DNA of 64,000 nucleotides from Folioceros fuciformis (Eukaryota), in contig JBNGIO010006255.1 in NCBI GenBank assembly GCA_049999805.1, positions 47,400 through 111,399 of the forward strand. Reading direction: 5' to 3'. A program made the translations under genes and the position numbers. The notes under the pieces are model-generated. The model searched no databases, was not told the DNA's origin, and saw nothing but the letters and a program-made list of their open reading frames with translations. Position 1 is the stretch's first letter. Each line of letters begins with the position of its first letter. Positions 24,271-35,800 of the stretch are shown piece after piece.

Positions 24271-25107
24271 GCTGAATCCCTCCTACGCTTAGATTCAAAT
24301 ACGTCCAAGCGCTCCTCAAATCTGCTCTCGAGCTTTGATCCTTTCAACGCAAATCTACACTACAGAGAGCTACACGCAGAAACTCGAATAGAATCCAAGT
24401 CACAGGCAGATTAACCAGGTGCGAGCTCAGGTCTGGGAAATCTGACGCGGGACAGCAGATCTAAGCAATTGCTCACACTGATGCGAGGGGAAAGACCAGA
24501 CGTAACGAGACGAAATGTGTTTTGCTTGTTGGCTGCGAGATGACGAGCGATGACAATTTATGATACACAGACCAAAGGAAAAGTTGTGTAATTGACGATA
24601 TGTATCTTAAATTTCAAAAACATATGAAGAGGGTCTACCATTATTGGACGATCCGCAGCAAATGCGGCCCTAGCAGAAAAATGCCCTACCTACGTACGTA
24701 TGAGCGCTAGACCAGTAATCCAGCTCTTCTTCACTTAACGTAGTCCGGCTTTAGAGGGCCGACATTCAAGCCAACAGCAAACCCCAAGAAGACAAGCAAA
24801 CAGAGCAAGCACGCAGCAGGAGGCCGGTGCCTCTAGTGCTGTTTCGTCGCTGCTTGTGGTTCAAGCTCTGGATCTACAAGGAGAGCGACACGATTGAAAC
24901 TGAGAGGGCGCTGCGTGCCAAGAAACATGCTGGTTGCAGTTGGTGCTGTAGTACAGTTGCTTGCCAGAAAACAGCTGTGAAAACATGAATCAGACATTAG
25001 CTCCGTAACCAAAGCCACCAGCAAGCGCGCTTGTTCACCGAAATGACTTTGCCTTCAGATTTCACACAAAAGCTCTATAGCTTGGGGGCCAAACTCCATG
25101 GAACGAC

Positions 25108-25752
25108 GAGCATTTTGCCTCCCGTGGGAGGGAAGCATACCAAGTACATAATCTTGGAAGAGGAATTGCAGGCAGACTACCAGCTGGATGTTAGAATGGC
25201 CAATCCCATGTTGCTCGGAGTGTAGATCGAAGCTGGATAGAGACATGAGATGTTGGAATGCAGTACCTTCTCCTACTGGCCTGCAGCAGAGCCAGGGCCT
25301 TGGTCCGCTCTGCAACGTGCTTCCAACGACTCACGCGGCATTGCTGTAGCAAGCAAGCCTCATATGGCTTTCATCGTTTCCTTTGCTTGCTTCTCGGCAA
25401 ACTCCGATCCTTTCCGGCATCCACATCTTACGCTTCCGGTCTCGGATGTTGCCGTCGTTAGGGCGAGGTGGAAGCTCGTCCGCACCGAGTGCAATCGAAG
25501 CATACGATCCATTCCTCTTCCTTGGCAAGGCTCTGTAGGCGTGACTCCGTTGCTTGAACCGAACCACAGACATGCCGGCCCCGACACGATGTTGCTCTGA
25601 AACCATGGTTGCAGTTGGGAACAAGAGCGGCTCCGAGGTCCGCACAGCAAACCGACGAAAACTCCCGACTGAGAATCTCGGCAGCGTGGTACGATCGGTG
25701 CACGCTATGCACGTCCAAGGGGAAGAAGCGGTGCGTCTGCCACAGGGCTGAG
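25108..25752 (-). pseudogene. Degenerate duplicate of the mL87-like gene (copy of ~18070-18724)
   Basis: Colinear nucleotide similarity (e.g. tactggcctgcagcagagcc..ccttgg.ccgctctgca); KRNGSYASI..RPNDGNIRDRK; frameshifts and no start codon. Confidence 0.85.
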
Positions 25753-25798
25753 TCTCTTCAAGTTGAAGCGACAGTCCCCGGAAGCGGAACAAGCTGCG

Positions 25799-26572
25799 AT
25801 GGCGGAGGCGGTCTTGTGTAGGTTTCACGGGGGGCCTGCTGCCACGGTGGCGCTCAGGCCGGGGCGGGCGCAGGGGCTGCGGGCGAGAAGGGGCCATGGG
25901 GCGCGGGTGTCCTGTGCGCGGGGGAGCAGGCGGCCTCCCAGCGCGCTCTTCACGGGGATCGTGGAGGAGATGGGGCGGGTAAAGGAGGTGCGGGAGATGG
26001 ACACCGGGGGTTTCCAGATGACGGTGGAGGCGGCGCTGGTGCTTGAGGACGTGAAGCTCGGGGACAGCATCAGCGTGAACGGCACCTGCTTGACGGTCAC
26101 CGCCTTCACTCCGGAGTCCTTCTGCGTGGGCCTGGCGCCCGAAACGCTCCGGCGGACCTCGCTCGGAGAGGCGTTGCCCGGGGCGGCAGTGAATCTGGAG
26201 CGCTCGTTGCAGCCGAGTTCCCGGATGGGAGGCCACTTCGTGCAGGGCCATGTGGACGGCACCGGCACCATCGTGTCCTTCGATCCCGAGGGGGACTCGC
26301 TGTGGGTCAAGGTGAAGGCCGCTCAGGAGCTGCTGCGCTACATCGTGCCCAAGGGGTACATTGCTGTGGACGGCACCAGCCTCACCGTGGTGAATGTGCT
26401 GGATGACGAGAGCGCCTTCACCTTCATGCTCGTGGCCTACACGCAGCAGAAGATCGTTATTCCCAGCAAGAAGGTTGGTGACAAGGTGAACTTGGAGGTG
26501 GACATTGTCGGGAAGTATGTGGAGCGTATGATGCAAGGATACAATGCTGCTCCGTTCCCTGTCCCAGCTTGA
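25799..26572 (+). CDS. ribC: Riboflavin synthase (alpha chain), plastid-targeted, intronless
   Basis: LFTGIVEEMG, GDSISVNGTCLTV, VNLERS, GGHFVQGHVDG, KGYIAVDGTSLTV, VNLEVD. Confidence 0.96.
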   Translation: MAEAVLCRFHGGPAATVALRPGRAQGLRARRGHGARVSCARGSRRPPSALFTGIVEEMGRVKEVREMDTGGFQMTVEAALVLEDVKLGDSISVNGTCLTVTAFTPESFCVGLAPETLRRTSLGEALPGAAVNLERSLQPSSRMGGHFVQGHVDGTGTIVSFDPEGDSLWVKVKAAQELLRYIVPKGYIAVDGTSLTVVNVLDDESAFTFMLVAYTQQKIVIPSKKVGDKVNLEVDIVGKYVERMMQGYNAAPFPVPA

Positions 26573-27359
26573 GGACTTCCTCGTTCTTCAGTACGTGCAG
26601 CAGCAGATTCAGGTCACGCTCGTCTTCAGAGTTTTCCCATTGTGTATTAAAATGCTAGGACAGCATCAAACAAGCGGCGAGTCCTCTTGTGAGGACATGA
26701 TTCCTTGAGCATCCACGGACCGTCCATGGTAGCATGTGATGTAAGTGACACCAAACAGTGAGTCAGAAAGGTAAAGACACTGAGAAATAAGGACAAGGAG
26801 GTGATGGAACTAGGGCCGATTCTCGAAGGAGGCGAGGTCCAGCATAAAACCAGTGTCACGATAACACATAGTTCGCGAGTCCCGTATGCAAAGTGCTGAA
26901 CAACCTAGTGCGACTACCTACATCTTGAACATACAATGGGCCTCAGACTTCGTCTCGGGAGGACCTCAATCTGTGATTGTCTTGTCGGCAAGTTGATGTA
27001 ACTGTTGTACAGAGGCAAGGTGCTGGAAGCAAGCTTAGCTGCTTGGCACAGACCTCAGCGGAGTTCTACGCTTCGCAGCCCAATACCTGAAGCAACCTGG
27101 CCAGTTACATCAGACAGAGCTCACCAGATTTTTGTGCTCAGTGACAACTCACTATCTAATACTGCCTAGTAAAAGGGCAACAACGACACACAATCAGCCT
27201 GTCCTAAGAATTCTCATTCGAGAAAAATACGTTTCAAAATTTTGATCCGCAATGCACAAAGCCTCACAAGTATCCGCAACAAATAATCCTTCTCAGACTC
27301 TCCTGTCAGGAATGTCAAAACCGAGTTAGCAAATTAGGGTTACGCATCAGTGAGCATCG

Positions 27360-27944
27360 CTAGATGGCCAGGTACCGCTTGGACAATTGCTTGCCAGCAG
27401 CAAGAGCCCCCGCCACTACGCCTCCCAGCGCGCCTGCAATGGCGGCCGTGCGAGGACCGGCAGTAGCCTTATAAAGCGCCCCGGTACCAAGTCCTGCAAC
27501 TGCGCTGTTCAGAATGTCGTCACTGTTCCGGAAATGACACGCAGCGCTCTCCATGCCGGCATAGAAGAAGCCTAGAATGCCTAGCGTGTTGCCGTAGCTC
27601 TTCCCTCTCTGCCCGGAGGCATTCAACACCCGATTCACCCGCAGCTTGGCCGTGTCCCCTGCCTCTGTAGATCGCAAGCCCTCGACCAGCCCCTTTGCGC
27701 CCCCGGCAACAGCGCCCGACAGGTACCCGACTCCCGTGTAATACGTCAAGTTGTCACTCCAACTCCGCCTCTTCACCGCGGCTTCCTCCGTGAACAGCAG
27801 CTCCGGTGTGGTAGGGAGCCGAAAAATCGTGTCAAGTGACCTCGCATCCACGGGCCCATATAGATCTGCGTAGGGGTTATACAGGCGAGTGCCGCTGCCA
27901 CCGCTGTCCCCTACAAACCCGCCGTCGTGCTCGGCATCCTCCAT
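27360..27944 (-). CDS. TIM23: Mitochondrial inner-membrane translocase TIM23, intronless
   Basis: RLYNPY..LPTTPELLF.EE..RRSWSDNLTYYTG, KLRVNRVLNASG, GxxxG-rich TM segments. Confidence 0.92.
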   Translation of the reverse strand: MEDAEHDGGFVGDSGGSGTRLYNPYADLYGPVDARSLDTIFRLPTTPELLFTEEAAVKRRSWSDNLTYYTGVGYLSGAVAGGAKGLVEGLRSTEAGDTAKLRVNRVLNASGQRGKSYGNTLGILGFFYAGMESAACHFRNSDDILNSAVAGLGTGALYKATAGPRTAAIAGALGGVVAGALAAGKQLSKRYLAI

Positions 27945-29145
27945 CTGGCCAGTCCTTCCTTCCTATGTCCACTGCGCACTCAGAGCTGCAACACGAATCC
28001 CTTCGCCACGCGCAGAACACACCAACTTTCCTGGCATCCGTCGGTCTCCCTGTGCGTGTGGTCTCCTGTGGCCTGCAATAACGGCGCAGATTTAACCAGG
28101 GCTACAGAGGAGCAATCGGTCCGGGAGAATTGTGCGTTTATATTCCGGGATCTTCTTTCCTCGAGCCAGGATTGACAAGTACGCAACGCTTACAGCCTAG
28201 GTCCGTTTATTCACCTGAATCAAAGGCGTCACCGAGGATCTAAAGCTCTAGACTGTTTATTCCAGTGACTCTAACTGTCTCTACTATTCTGGCCGGCGAA
28301 TTCATAGTTCTGACGGACGCTAACTCATGCCACCTCGCTCTCTGCCTCTCAGACCTATGCTCGACAATGCAGTTTGTAAGTTCCTCACGGTAAAGCGGAC
28401 ATGAGAAACAGGGGACCACTGGGTGGAAATCTATGGCTCCATCGGAGCAAACGGAGTCCGTGCTGCAACCCCGTGGAGGAATGGTGCAGGCGTTTATCAA
28501 GTCTTCGGGCCTCGGGGGAGCACAGCAATGGTGAAAGCGAGGGATTGGAAGTCGAGCCTTCTAGTTACCTAGCTGACGGTGATTTTGTTCTGGGGCAAGC
28601 AATTGTTGGGGTTTTGGGGGGATGGAAACATAATCTCTTATGCTGGATTGCAGATGAGCCAGTAACTGGGCAGGCTTTGCCGGTGGTTTCTCATCGCTAC
28701 TACTCCAGAACAAGGTTCCAGCAGGTAGGGTGGATGGTTATTCGCTGATGCCTCTGCTGTCCGCTTTTGGGGTTTGACAGGGTGAGGAGGGTAATGACTG
28801 GCAGGCATTCCTTGGTGGGCAGTTTGCAGCTGACCATGAGTAATCGCCACAGACAGACCCCAAGTACGTGGATTTCGTCCACAGCACATTGAGGGAGCGC
28901 GACGGCTGGCGGCTCGACCCCTGCTGGAACCCTGCTTGGGTCATCTCAGAAGATGCCGCCACACTCCAGCAAGGTCAACATGTGGCGGTTGGGAGTGAAG
29001 CTTACTTGGGGCTGGATCCAGTCAGGTACCTCTCTCCCTCGTTCAGGGGCTTCTGGGCTGTGGTCACAAGACAGGCTGGGTCTGATAAAAGAAATGTGGG
29101 GAAACCTGCAGAGTTGAGAACAGTGAAGATTGCATTGAATTATGG

Positions 29146-31230
29146 ATGAAATGGTGGGAGGATGGAGGGGTCGCTGGGGCCTGTCAGGTGTCGGAGGCCA
29201 CGACCCGGCGAGTGTTTGTTGCGAGGGAAATACTGTACCATATGTTGAAAGGATGCATGGCAAGACACGATCTGTTTCTTGGGAGGCGCATTCATGCTCT
29301 CGCTGTAAGTAGCGGGTACGGGACTGACTCCGTTTTTGCAAACCAGCTTATCCGGATGTATACTTCTCATGGGAGTTTGGGAGAAGCAAGCCAGGTGTTC
29401 GACAATCTCCCTGCTCCCAATCAATTTGTGTGGGCTTCTATTATCGGAGCACATGCTGAGCTGGGTGAAGCTAAGGAAGCAGTAAGGCTGTATGAGCGGA
29501 TGAAGCAGACAGGTGTGGAGCCAAATCAGTACATTCTTGTAGCAGTGCTGCAGGCATGTGCGGGAGCAGGGGATTTGTCGGCTGGCAAGTGGGTTCACGC
29601 TGACGTGATGGACAGCGGATTGGAATCGAACTTGTTTGTGGGAAGTACTTTGGTGGACATGTATGCCAAATGTGGGAGCTTGCAGGATGCTCGAAGGGTT
29701 TTTGATGGACTGTCTACGAGAAATGTCGTGACTTGGAGTGCAATCATAACAGCATATGCGCAGCATGGGCTTGGCCAGGAAGCCTTGGATCTGTACAAAC
29801 AAATGCAGCAAGATGGCATAGCGGCAGCTAACCGCGTCACTTTTCTCGGAATTTTGAAAGCTTGTAGTAAAGTTGGGGCCATCCACGAGGCGAAGCAGAT
29901 CCACTCAGAGATTTTAGGAAGGGGTCTTGAGGCAGATGTATTTATAGGAAGCTGCCTGGTGGACATGTATGCGAAATGTGGGAGCCTTGATGATGCACGG
30001 AGAGTCTTTGACAGACTCTCGACCAGAAATCTCGTCACATGGAATGCCATGGTTGCAGGTTATGCTACGCAAGGACTCGGTCAAGAGGCTCTCAAATTGT
30101 ACCTGCAGATGGAGCAGAATGGGCTGTTGCTCCCAAACGAAGTTACTTTTGTGAGCATTCTTAAAGCATGTAGCGGTATTGGGGCCATACAGCAGGGCAA
30201 GAGGATTCACTCGCAGATTCTGGAAAGGGGATTGGAAGCTGATATGTTTGTGGGAAGCACCTTGGTGGACATGTACGGTAAATGTGGGGAACTGGAGGAT
30301 GCTCGCAACGTTTTTGAAAACGTGTCATCCAAAAACGTAGTCACATGGAATGCGCTCATCAATGCTTACGGCCAGCACAACGAGTGTGGAATGGCCATCC
30401 AGTGCTTTGAGGAGATGAAGCGTGCTGGTGTTGTTCCAGATGCGTCGACATTTGTTGGTCTGCTTATGGCCTGTAGTCATGTAGGTTGGGTACCAGAGGG
30501 CCAACGGTACTTCGCTCTCATGACTCAAGAACATAGGATACGGCCTGAGATTGAGCATTACACCTGCATGGTTGATCTCCTAGCTCGGGCAGGGCACCTG
30601 GCTGAAGCAGAACGCATGTTGCAGACGGAGCCTCATACGCATGACACGGTTGGGTGGATATCTCTCCTTCATGCGTGCAAGATGTTTGGCAACGTGGATC
30701 TGGGCAAGCGTTGCTTCGACCGCCTTGTTGAACTAGATCCGCGACATTCCTCAGGATACACGATTATGTCTAACATCTACACAGATGCCGGAAGGTGGGC
30801 TGATGCCGAATCCATCAAGAGTTTGAGAAAAAGCGCAGGTGCAGAGAAAAAGGCTGCAAGAGCCTTCATCGAAGTGAACTACAGGGTGCACGAGTTTGTA
30901 GTAGGACAGGAGCGTGGAGACACGGTTGCCAAGCTTACAAGTCTGAACTGCCAAACGAAGGAGGAGAAAACAGATCATGCAGAGTCCACTGGCACAGAGG
31001 ACGAAGGGGCCCTGTGCGGACATGCTGAGAAACTGGCGTTGGCCTTTGGCCTCCTCAACACACCCGAGGGAACAACCCTTCTGGTGGTCAAGAATCTGCG
31101 AATGTGCAATCACTGCCACTCCGGCACCAAGCTGTTGTCTAGGGTAGAAAAACGAGAGATCATCGTCAGAGATGCACACCGGGTTCATCGCTTCACGAAT
31201 GGAGTGTGCTCTTGCCGGGACCACCGATGA
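29146..31230 (+). CDS. PLS-class PPR protein (14 PPR motifs, E1, E2) with a DYW:KP-type deaminase domain; possible upstream exons from 28401
   Basis: L-S-(P-L-S)x3-P2-L2-S2-E1-E2; KKAARAFIEV in place of the PG box; HAEKLA (31021); CNHC (31105-31116); ends CSCRDHR. Confidence 0.95.
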   Translation: MKWWEDGGVAGACQVSEATTRRVFVAREILYHMLKGCMARHDLFLGRRIHALAVSSGYGTDSVFANQLIRMYTSHGSLGEASQVFDNLPAPNQFVWASIIGAHAELGEAKEAVRLYERMKQTGVEPNQYILVAVLQACAGAGDLSAGKWVHADVMDSGLESNLFVGSTLVDMYAKCGSLQDARRVFDGLSTRNVVTWSAIITAYAQHGLGQEALDLYKQMQQDGIAAANRVTFLGILKACSKVGAIHEAKQIHSEILGRGLEADVFIGSCLVDMYAKCGSLDDARRVFDRLSTRNLVTWNAMVAGYATQGLGQEALKLYLQMEQNGLLLPNEVTFVSILKACSGIGAIQQGKRIHSQILERGLEADMFVGSTLVDMYGKCGELEDARNVFENVSSKNVVTWNALINAYGQHNECGMAIQCFEEMKRAGVVPDASTFVGLLMACSHVGWVPEGQRYFALMTQEHRIRPEIEHYTCMVDLLARAGHLAEAERMLQTEPHTHDTVGWISLLHACKMFGNVDLGKRCFDRLVELDPRHSSGYTIMSNIYTDAGRWADAESIKSLRKSAGAEKKAARAFIEVNYRVHEFVVGQERGDTVAKLTSLNCQTKEEKTDHAESTGTEDEGALCGHAEKLALAFGLLNTPEGTTLLVVKNLRMCNHCHSGTKLLSRVEKREIIVRDAHRVHRFTNGVCSCRDHR

Positions 31231-31443
31231 GAGAAGAGTTGAGTAGTGACATGAGATGATTTGTTCACAGTAGTTCCCACCCTTTCACAATGGCCTTGTG
31301 ATCAACGTTACGCAAGTGAATTCCCTCTTCATCAGCTAGCCTGGCTAACCAGAAAACCGGCGCTCATAAAGGACCATCTGGACCGTTTTAATACGAATGA
31401 TTACGAAGGCTCCGAACGCCGGAGAGACAGAAGTAAGGTGAAA

Positions 31444-32273
31444 ATGTTGGGAGCGGAATCGATTTGCAACACAGGGTTTCTCGTGTGCAACGCTGTTACC
31501 GTGTGCCTGCCGTCAGGTACTTGCAGACTCCGCGGTCTGCAACTGCAGGAATGGAACGCTTTCGGTGGCTGCAGGCTGAAACCTTGTCGCAGCCCTCAGG
31601 AGCTGATCGGCAAGACGGCTTCCAGTTGCGCTGTGCCAAGAGCGGGGCCTTTTGATGGGGTTAGGGCAAGAGAACAGGAGGAGCAGCGGACACCAGAAGT
31701 TGGTGCCAACTTCCAATCTGGTGCGTGCTTCGTTGGTGTGATACACAGTAGCAGCAGAGGCCAACTTCTTCTCGAGCTGCTGCAATTGTTTGCTCCTTGG
31801 ATTGCAGAAGCAAGGGATCAGGCCGAACAACTCTGGCGACTGCTTTTCTCCAATCCGTCGCAATGGTGGGATGACAGGAACAAGAAGGTAAGTTGATCAC
31901 CAGTTCGGAATTGTGTGAACCTCCAGCTCCTGCAGTGTAAAATTAGGTTTTACTATGAATTCATGGAGGAATATGGTTTTGCCTTCAGAGATACCCAAGT
32001 GACCCCGATTTTGTGAAAAAAGGCACCAAAGAGAGGCTGTGGATCGACGGTAATGTTCCTGATTGGGTGCGGGCAGAGTTAGCGAAGTTGCCGGCTCCAG
32101 CTAGGCCACCGCCGAACGTGAGGCAGGTGTACTCACCGCCCTCTAACACAGATATGCACAGGCCAGGCGGTCGCATGGGACCCTCGCGTTACAGGCCGCC
32201 GGTCTCCGAGGCTGTGCAAGCCGATAGGGAAAGACGAGCAAGGGAAATTCTTGAAGGCATTGGCTGGGAGTGA
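31444..32273 (+). CDS. Protein with a single OSB-type PDF motif and no visible OB-fold; intron 31888-31988
   Basis: LWRLLFSNPSQWWDDRNKK|RYPSDPDFVKKGTKERLWIDGNVPDWVRAEL joined in frame across aag|gtaagt..ttcag. Confidence 0.8.
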
Positions 32274-32885
32274 CGATGACAACTCCTTTGAGGTGGGCAG
32301 AACCATTGCTCTTTTGAAGTTACACAAGTTACAGCTTCTCATTTAAGTTAAGGTTGTTCAAAAATTCGAGGTCGCACAAATTATGTACAATCCGGCACTT
32401 TTTCCAAGGAGAAACAAGTCTATCAAATTTCAAGCAGCTAGCTACGGGAAAGGATGCCACCCAGACCTGGGAAGGGAGGGTACACAGATTTGCCAGCAAT
32501 GTCACCTAAAAAATGCATCCGCCTGCATTTCATAATTCTCCTAGTGGAAATCCAAACCATCTGCATCGCAAAAGTTCTATTGAGGTTATGCAGGTTTAAT
32601 GGAAACCGAGTACCAGCGAGCTGCTGCAATTCCAAAGCAAGAGACTCCTGCTCGGCGAACATCTAGAAATGTCCCCGCAGGTAATTCTGAGATCTCTGAC
32701 CACAAGAGGACCCCAACGAGAACTTACCAACGAGACCACAACGAACTTCTGATGACTAAAGCAGCTACAGCAGCCACGAAGGGAAGTTGGACATCCTCAA
32801 AACTTGCTGCATGAGTTACATGGACCACCAATGTCCACAGTTGTCCCGAGTCAAATTTCTTGCACAGCTGCCTGCTCAACATCAT

Positions 32886-35800
32886 CTAGTCGTAGCTCCG
32901 TCTTACGGGTAGACCCCTCTTTCCGGGATAATCGTCGCTGCCATCATTCCAGTCACGAGCATCATGCACTAATGCTCCTTCGTGACGTCCAAAAGACGCA
33001 GACCTGCTTGGATCATTCGACCCGGACCCATAGCTTCCCGACTTCACGGTGCCAGGGCCATTGTTTAACCTATCACCGCCAAAGATGCCGCCAGAGGGCG
33101 CAAATACATCACGACCCTGAGATGGTTGAGATGGTGCTGGGCCCTCTGCGAGGCGAGAAAAGGGAGCATCCTTAGGTGATGCACCGTATGGTCCGGCACT
33201 TCCATTTAAATAACTACTGCCCAACACCTGGACAGGGCTTCTTGCAAGAGGGCTGAGAGCAGATCGTTGGTTCATACTTCCACGCGCAGCTCCACCAATC
33301 GCAGATCCCAACGAGGATGATCTGGAAAAAGCTTGAGCAAGATCCGCAGCTGATACAGGAGCAGTGTGACCAAACTTACCAGGAGTTGTTGCAGGAACAG
33401 GATCCACTGATGCAGAAGCTGTTGCCGGGTTCCTGGCACCCATTGAAGGAGAAGATGGGGCTGGGGGGTCAGCAGGGCGCCGCCAGCTGTCCTGCTTGTT
33501 GATGTCCCGACTTCTCTCTTGCTTTTCTATGTCTCGACGGCTCTCTGCCCTGTCCTGTTCACGCCGATTATCAAACCTATCTGCATCCCGCCGAACATTT
33601 TCTTCCTTCCGACCATCCTTCCTATATGGACTATTGTCCTTCCTGTCCGACTCCCTGCGGACATCCTGCCTGTTCACAGCAATCCACAACATGTTTGTTG
33701 GACATCAAACCCCACTTACTCCATCAACTTGTCATTCTAGAGGCTACAACAAGGAAAAGAAATCGCTGACCTTGCACCAGGCGTCACATTAGGCTCAAGG
33801 CCAATTATGAGAGCATCGTCTCCACCACGCTCCTTCAATATCTGCAAGGCAGGCCACCGCATGGCCCAATGAGCACCTTTTCTTTTTCACCAAATTGCCG
33901 TATCTTGAAAATTATTAGGTTCTACTCAAAACATACAGCATGACTAGCTGATGCTAAACCACCAGTAGCAACTTACAAGTTCACGAGGGCGAGCACCACC
34001 GAAGACTGTATTCCTGTGTGCAGATACGATTGCCAACCTTCAGACCACAAATGTGGTAACTCTGCTGATTCACCCACAGCATAAAACGTGAATTTAACTG
34101 CACTAACTATCCCTACCTGACCTTCCCCGGGCCATCCTCAACGGCAGGCTCAGTAACCTTGGATCGAGGCTTCAAATTTAGCCTGGGCCGCCCAGCCAGA
34201 CGACTTGAATCATCACCATTCTCAGACGCCTGATAACCGGCAGCCACACTTGAATCGCTTGCCCCACTATCCACAGGTTCTGCAAGGGGTATTTGCTCAA
34301 CTAATCGCTTCTCCGAAACTATCAGCCGACTTTCCTTCACAGTCTCCTACACATGCCACAAGATTTCTAATCCATAAAGGGCTAGTCCAACCACAGCCCC
34401 TAAATCAAATAAATGTACATGCATTCCACTAAGCTTGAAAAGCTCAAAGCCTTGAAGCTCACCTCATGAATAATAGCTTCCACTGGTGGCTCCAACACTT
34501 TCTCTAACGGCTTAGAACGAGGTAGAAGTTTGAGTTTCGGTCTTTCCGCTTGTTCAGGTCGAGCAGCAGCCGTAGCAGTAGTAGTCTGGATGGGGTCTGC
34601 TGGTAGAGCTGGAGCAGCTATCGGAGCTCTCGAACTTTCAGTCTGCGATGCAAGCACATCTGGCGAACGAATTCGACCATAGGAGCTTCCATTGCGCTCC
34701 CGATCAGCACCATAAACCCCTCTGCTGCCATCAACATAGCCTCCTTTGTCTCTATCTCCTCCATAAGGAAGTCGTGAACTTTCGGAAATGTGTGCCCCTC
34801 GGTTAGCATTAGGCATGTAGTTGTCCCGAGGAGGCTCTGGAACATACGCATGCCGTCCACCTTCAGCGTTGTCTGGCACATAGGAGTCAGGGTAACCGCC
34901 CCGTTCCGCATAGGCACCGCGCCCATATCCACCCCTTCCACTATCACTATAAGGAACCCGATCAGGAAACCCAACCCCCCTGCCCAGTTCACCGTTATTC
35001 ACAACCTCACCATAGCCACCCCTGCTGCCGTCCACGTACATGGGCCTACCCGAATCGAATCCAATTCTTCCTGCCTCAGGGTAAGCCCTACTATCCAGGT
35101 AAGCACCTCTCTCAGGCTCTACAGCTCTCTCAGGATCGTTGTAGCCAGCACCAGCAGCCCACCTATTATCCTCCATATAACCACGACGGACCTCGTTGGG
35201 ATAAGATGCACGAGCTGCCTCAGCACCAAAACCAACTCGACCTTGGTCCACGTAATGCACACGATTGTCCCCACGATCCCTGGCAGGCTCGTGGTATGGT
35301 CCCCTGCCTGCATCCGGGTATCCACGAACATCTGCTTCGGGGTAGTCCCCACGGTTCCCATCACCTAAGCCCCTACCCCTACCTTCACCATACCTCATAC
35401 CCCTTCCAGAATCGCTGTAACTTACTCTTCCACCGTCAGGGTAAGGACCACGACCTGGATCAGACAGATACCCAGGCTGGCCCGTTTCTGCAGAAGGATG
35501 TCCCCCCGCCTGAAACTGTGCAACATCTGGATTGAATGCCGGACGTCCACCATCTGATACGTAGCCTGAGCCGTAAGCATTTGGCCTCACGGATGCCTCC
35601 TTGGGCTGTTCAGGCAGGGGCCTCCTATCCCCAGGCCACCGAGTTGGTGCCCCCTTGTCCACCATACCTGCGTCCACTGGTCTTTGATGCCTCCAAGGAG
35701 AAGAAGGGGTATTGTCATTTCCTGCACCATCACCCGGCAGAACCCTATATTCACCCTCTCGTCGGGCAGTCCATACATTAGGCGCTGGATCTGAACCGCC

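Noticed and set aside
28841-28843. Idea that this TAA (and the TAG at 402) is repaired by U-to-C editing
   Set aside because: U-to-C editing is established for organellar, not nuclear, transcripts. At 402 the conserved residue is Ser, not the Gln that editing would give.
32220-32255. Similarity of DRERRAREIL to AREERAREIV in the repeat protein at 11704
   Set aside because: A short charged-helix match that is likely coincidental.
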